The notes beneath the pieces are model-generated. The model saw nothing but the letters and a program-made list of their open reading frames with translations. It made no database searches and was not told the DNA's origin. Positions 60,354-64,000 of a stretch of DNA of 64,000 nt are shown here, piece by piece; the first letter of the stretch is position 1; the number at the start of each line of letters is the position of its first letter. A program made the position numbers and the translations under genes. Origin of the DNA: a virus (Duplodnaviria; Caudoviricetes); the IMG/VR virus record IMGVR_UViG_3300042258_000071, positions 32,001 through 96,000 of that record. The stretch is one strand, 5' to 3'.

Positions 60354-60390
60354 AAGATAACCACGGAGGGTTACCCTCCGTGGTTATCTT
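60354..60390. terminator. Long palindromic stem-loop
   Basis: AAGATAACCACGGAGGGT-T-ACCCTCCGTGGTTATCTT. Confidence 0.75.
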
Positions 60391-60415
60391 CTTTAACCTC
60401 AAACACAGGTGCCCC

Positions 60416-60499
60416 ATGGCAAACTTCATCTATTTTATATTTGCAGTGATAGGTTTGATATACGTATTTCATCTGGCTTTTCGCGGCAGAAATATGTAA
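60416..60499 (+). CDS. 27-aa hydrophobic peptide MANFIYFIFAVIGLIYVFHLAFRGRNM
   Basis: AGGT SD-like sequence upstream; one TM-length helix with a basic C-terminus; below the ORF-track size cutoff. Confidence 0.5.
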   Translation: MANFIYFIFAVIGLIYVFHLAFRGRNM

Positions 60500-60516
60500 T
60501 GCCCTTAATATTATTA

Positions 60517-60948
60517 AGCACATACAGGTCATCATCTTCATCCTGTATGTGCGTGACTTATACACATATACTTTTTGATTTTATAAAAGTATATCTTTAT
60601 ATGTCTCAAGCTTAAGTATATCAGAATTCATGTTGCCTTAGATCCCTGTTAAGTGCTACGAATAGGGTCTCCCGTATGTCATATACAGGGTATGAGTGTA
60701 ACATGAATAGGAGAGGGGTGTTTGGAGTTTGAGATCCCAGACATGCTTCTCTTAAGATTTCTATGATGTGGGCTAGTCAGGTATGCGCCCTTTCCATAGA
60801 AATCTACGAGGACTGGAGGTGATATGATGAAGGTCATCTCCAGTCCTCACCCTATACTTGTTGTTCACTCAACAAGGAAACTCGAAGAGAGATACATCCA
60901 GGTGTCGTTCCCCCAGAACCCATGGATGTGTCTCTCTTCTTTTTTTTT
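60517..60948 (+). ncRNA. Candidate large structured RNA of unknown class
   Basis: Eight consecutive stem domains, many G.U pairs on the + strand, two possible loop pairings, and a U9 terminator at the end. Confidence 0.6.
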
Positions 60949-60968
60949 GTAAATAATTTAATAGGTAG

Positions 60969-61004
60969 AGATAAGAGAGGTGGGATCTCCCACCTCTCTT
61001 ATCT
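60969..61004. terminator. Long palindromic stem-loop ending the lysis operon
   Basis: AGATAAGAGAGGTGGGA-TC-TCCCACCTCTCTTATCT. Confidence 0.75.
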
Positions 61005-61027
61005 TATTTTTTTTTATGGTAAAGAAT

Positions 61028-61507
61028 TTATTTACCTGACTCTTTAGGTTGCACATCTTTTGTGATAGGAACTTCCACTTCTTTGACAAACAAATCTTTA
61101 AACGTGTCACTTCTATAATAATCAAATAACTGATTACTCTGTTCGATATACCGAAGGATGTCTTGGTTGTAAGATCCTAAAAGAAGGTAATCTTTTTCAG
61201 TAAGACCATAATACACAAAAGGACCATTAGAGCTTAATATTAAAACACATTCACGTTGAGCATCTTCAGTGGTCGTAACTTTCTTACAAATGGTCTGGGG
61301 AGTAAGAACGGTAATGGTGTCAATGTGTCCTAAGTTTCGAATCGGAGTAGGCTTTGCAGGGTGAAAGACACTAATCGGTTGCGTGCGTTTCTCCACGACT
61401 AGCGGCTCTGATACTGTCGAGCACGCGATTAGTGGCAGCAGTAGCAAGACGACTGATGGCTTCAGGGTTTTGAAGAGCGATACGATCCAATCGCTCACGA
61501 TACTCAT
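61028..61507 (-). CDS. o-spanin (outer-membrane lipoprotein)
   Basis: Lipoprotein signal ...VVLLLLPLIA-C; Pro-rich mature region; overlaps the i-spanin 3' end in another frame. Confidence 0.75.
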   Translation of the reverse strand: MSIVSDWIVSLFKTLKPSVVLLLLPLIACSTVSEPLVVEKRTQPISVFHPAKPTPIRNLGHIDTITVLTPQTICKKVTTTEDAQRECVLILSSNGPFVYYGLTEKDYLLLGSYNQDILRYIEQSNQLFDYYRSDTFKDLFVKEVEVPITKDVQPKESGK

Positions 61508-61835
61508 TGAGTTGAGCAATCTGATCATCACGTGACTCCTGTACGCGTTGATAGTCTTGCGTTAAGGTGTTATATTTTTGTTGTTCTAGTTCTCTAACTT
61601 GATCATACAACTTGATTTGCTGATTAAGTCCTCGAACTTCACCTTCTAAACGCACCATGTCACTTTGTTTAATACCTAGTTCTATATTTAAATTCTGATT
61701 TTCGCTATGGAGTATGGATATGGTCACACCTAGTCCAACGATCGTAAGAATGAGACCAACCACAATGAGAATTTTAACAGGACCTGGAATAAACGACATG
61801 GCTTTAGAGGCGATCGATGTTACCACACCAAACAT
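61371..61835 (-). CDS. i-spanin (Rz-like)
   Basis: N-terminal TM followed by a long coiled coil. Confidence 0.75.
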   Translation of the reverse strand: MFGVVTSIASKAMSFIPGPVKILIVVGLILTIVGLGVTISILHSENQNLNIELGIKQSDMVRLEGEVRGLNQQIKLYDQVRELEQQKYNTLTQDYQRVQESRDDQIAQLNEYRERLDRIALQNPEAISRLATAATNRVLDSIRAASRGETHATD

Positions 61836-61840
61836 GTTAA

Positions 61841-62347
61841 TTATCCCTCTTCTTTTTTATCTTCTTGTTTTGAAAGAATTTGATCAAATATCTGAATCTT
61901 ATCATCCCAGACAGCATTAAAGACATAAGCTCCTAAAATAAGCGATAGGGCAAGGAGGGAATATGATGCAGATGCTTCTGCAACTGCCGTTTGACTTTTA
62001 GTATACAAAGGGAGAAATCCAAAGATCATCAAACTGCAAGTTACGATATACAAATACATTTTACGATAGAACCATTTTGTATGTTTTAAAAATTCAGGTT
62101 CTTCATAGGTGACTTTTTTTCTCTGAGAATCTGACACAACAGCGCCTGTTACATAGATCATAGTGTTTATAACCAACGCAGCGATCCCGGTTTTAACGGA
62201 CGATATAGCAGGGAGAGTATCTAAGTTAAAATATAGAGAATACAAGATGATCCCGATCATATAAAACGAAATAACAAACAGATAGATCCTCCGATCTCGC
62301 CATGTTGTTAAATCTTTATACGAGTTAGATTTACCTGTCGTTGTCAT
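61841..62347 (-). CDS. Putative holin (4 TM, internally duplicated)
   Basis: WRDRRIY...YVTGAVVSD and WFYRKMY...YVFNAVWDD; charged C-terminus; lies between the endolysin and the spanins. Confidence 0.65.
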   Translation of the reverse strand: MTTTGKSNSYKDLTTWRDRRIYLFVISFYMIGIILYSLYFNLDTLPAISSVKTGIAALVINTMIYVTGAVVSDSQRKKVTYEEPEFLKHTKWFYRKMYLYIVTCSLMIFGFLPLYTKSQTAVAEASASYSLLALSLILGAYVFNAVWDDKIQIFDQILSKQEDKKEEG

Positions 62348-62900
62348 AGAAGGATATTGTTAGATCGCCAGCTTGCGCTGCAGCGATCACTTTCTTATAC
62401 AATCTTTCGTATGCAATGGCAGAGCTGCCAATAGACATATTTTGTGCATTGGCAGATGTTCCAACTAAGAGACACCCATTTGTATTACGATCAAAGTTTC
62501 CAACATGAATCAAAATATCTGTGAATCCTGGGACGCCTTTAATTTCAAGCATCCCTTGGTGGAAGTCTTTAAAACGAGAATCTTCCGAATATCGACTGTG
62601 GAACCCCCCAAATGTACGAACAATAACTTTGTAGGTACCTGCCGGGATACGCGTTTCACCAAAGACTTTCTGTTTAAGAGGTCGATACTCATCTTCAAGA
62701 CCATAACATTCAAATTTTTTGTCGATACTTATACGAGATAGCGTGGCATTAGGGTTTCCAAGATAACGGTCAACTTCTAAATGCATGGAGGACTCCTTTG
62801 GGAGATGGTGTGGAGACACAGTAATGTGTGGGGTAGGTGGGGTTTTAGGAGAACGAGTGAAGATATTTATTAAGAATTTAAGTACAGATTTCACACACAT
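62331..62900 (-). CDS. Endolysin, DUF5675-type putative L,D-peptidase
   Basis: GLEDE, GETRIPAGTY, ILIHVGN...TNGCLLVG (His/Cys); first gene of the lysis cassette. Confidence 0.75.
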   Translation of the reverse strand: MCVKSVLKFLINIFTRSPKTPPTPHITVSPHHLPKESSMHLEVDRYLGNPNATLSRISIDKKFECYGLEDEYRPLKQKVFGETRIPAGTYKVIVRTFGGFHSRYSEDSRFKDFHQGMLEIKGVPGFTDILIHVGNFDRNTNGCLLVGTSANAQNMSIGSSAIAYERLYKKVIAAAQAGDLTISFYDNDR

Positions 62901-63033
62901 TTCTCCTTAATAAAAGTCAGTTAAATCTTATGACAAGAGGGTAGAGAAACGTATACATCCAATTGATATGTCAAAAGAGGCTACATAAGCCACTCCTTCG
63001 TCCCCATAGTATTTTCCTAAGGACATTCCCAAC

Positions 63034-64000
63034 ATGGTTGTTAGTACAGATTTCAATCGCATGATTGATTCGATGAGTCTTACGTCTTCTGAGGTCCGTA
63101 AATTCTTAGATAACGGAATGGTCACGCTACATGTCGATGAGGATAATGTTACACCAGAAACAACTTTCAACACCTGTGTAACGCGCTTCATTGGTGATCT
63201 TGAAAACTACGGTATTTCAATCACGCTTCCCTTAGAGGACATTTTCTTAAATTGGAGACGTATTGATAGATTCTTTAAATTTACAACATACCTTCTTCCT
63301 GAAGGGTTAGGGTTCAAGTTAACCTCAGATGACACATTTTATCATCAAGTTCTCATGATCTTAAATGGGTCATATGGGGAAGAAGGGGATGTCTTTACAC
63401 AATACCTTAACCTCCTTAAAGAAGTTGAAGGAGGTCGATATGAAGGGATCGTTGAAGACCTTCTCGGAAATATCTATGCCTCCCCTATTTTTACCATATA
63501 CCTTAATAACATTTTTAAATATGTCACCGATACAAAATCTAAAGAAGTCTCAGAAGAGCAACTAACTCTTGTACGTGAGTACATTAAAGAACTGTCCTCA
63601 ACCATGTTCTTTACGTTAGATACCCTAGATGTGCAACTTAATCTAGGAGTCTCATTAGAAAAGATTGATAAGCGCATTACAATTTACTGTCAGCAACTTC
63701 GAAATATTGATCATATCGTAAAATTAGCTTGGCTCATAGACTTTCAAAAAAGGAAGGCTCAAAAGAAGAATATTTTATATGAAGAAATTATGCTAGAGAC
63801 CATTTACACGAGAACCATTTTAAATTCAACCAAATTAAATCCTGAACATTGGAAATACCTAGATGTAAAACCTGATGTAGCTGATATATTTGGCATGTTA
63901 GCATGGCGATATGCAAGTTCTAAAATAGCTAGAAAAGACGTCATTCTTAAAGAATGTTTTATGTCGATGGATCTCGATGTCTTACCACGAGATCAGTATT
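63034..64000 (+). CDS. Hypothetical protein; 3' end runs off the window
   Basis: ATG 63034 with an AAGGA RBS (MVVSTDFNRMIDSMSL...); open to the window end by manual translation. Confidence 0.8.
   Translation, partial: MVVSTDFNRMIDSMSLTSSEVRKFLDNGMVTLHVDEDNVTPETTFNTCVTRFIGDLENYGISITLPLEDIFLNWRRIDRFFKFTTYLLPEGLGFKLTSDDTFYHQVLMILNGSYGEEGDVFTQYLNLLKEVEGGRYEGIVEDLLGNIYASPIFTIYLNNIFKYVTDTKSKEVSEEQLTLVREYIKELSSTMFFTLDTLDVQLNLGVSLEKIDKRITIYCQQLRNIDHIVKLAWLIDFQKRKAQKKNILYEEIMLETIYTRTILNSTKLNPEHWKYLDVKPDVADIFGMLAWRYASSKIARKDVILKECFMSMDLDVLPRDQY

Noticed and set aside
60371-60615. Track ORFs 60371..60565 (-) and 60409..60615 (+)
   Set aside because: They have no convincing RBS and run through hairpins. 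The 27-aa ORF plus RNA structure explains the region better.
60517-60948. tRNA, tmRNA or RNase P identity for the structured region
   Set aside because: No T-loop or acceptor-stem/CCA pattern and no RNase P core motif was seen. No tRNA genes were recognised anywhere in the window.
7561-61004. Palindromes as CRISPR repeats or MITEs
   Set aside because: They are dispersed single copies with different core sequences, and show no spacers, cas genes, target-site duplications or transposase.
62928-63677. ORFs 62928..63191 (-), 63365..63565 (+) and 63474..63677 (-)
   Set aside because: They are shadows or alternate frames of the long + strand ORF starting at 63034.

Overview
This window is part of an AT-rich phiKZ-like jumbo phage genome (Chimalliviridae-type gene content) with a Gram-negative host, as shown by two-component spanins. 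It contains virion RNA polymerase beta-like and beta'-like genes, a large tail-associated lysin (gp181-like), tail, baseplate and inner-head genes, a family-B DNA polymerase palm subunit, RNase HI, a divergent cpn60 chaperonin and an endolysin/holin/spanin cassette. Plus-strand islands of small ORFs lie behind a TATATATTACTATTTTGA early-promoter motif. Main observations: (1) Both RNAP genes are interrupted by closely related, ORF-less group I introns (19741-20095 and 25899-26261). One splits the catalytic DxDGD motif, so the ORF track misses the last exon of beta'. (2) An unannotated locus at about 60416-60948 holds a 27-aa hydrophobic peptide followed by about 430 nt of stacked hairpins with two possible loop-mediated long-range pairings, a candidate unclassified structured RNA. 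(3) About 20 long intergenic palindromes share one architecture. (4) A fibre-like gene with a 20-aa repeat is cut by the left edge of the window. All family assignments come from motif recognition by eye; no database searches were run.
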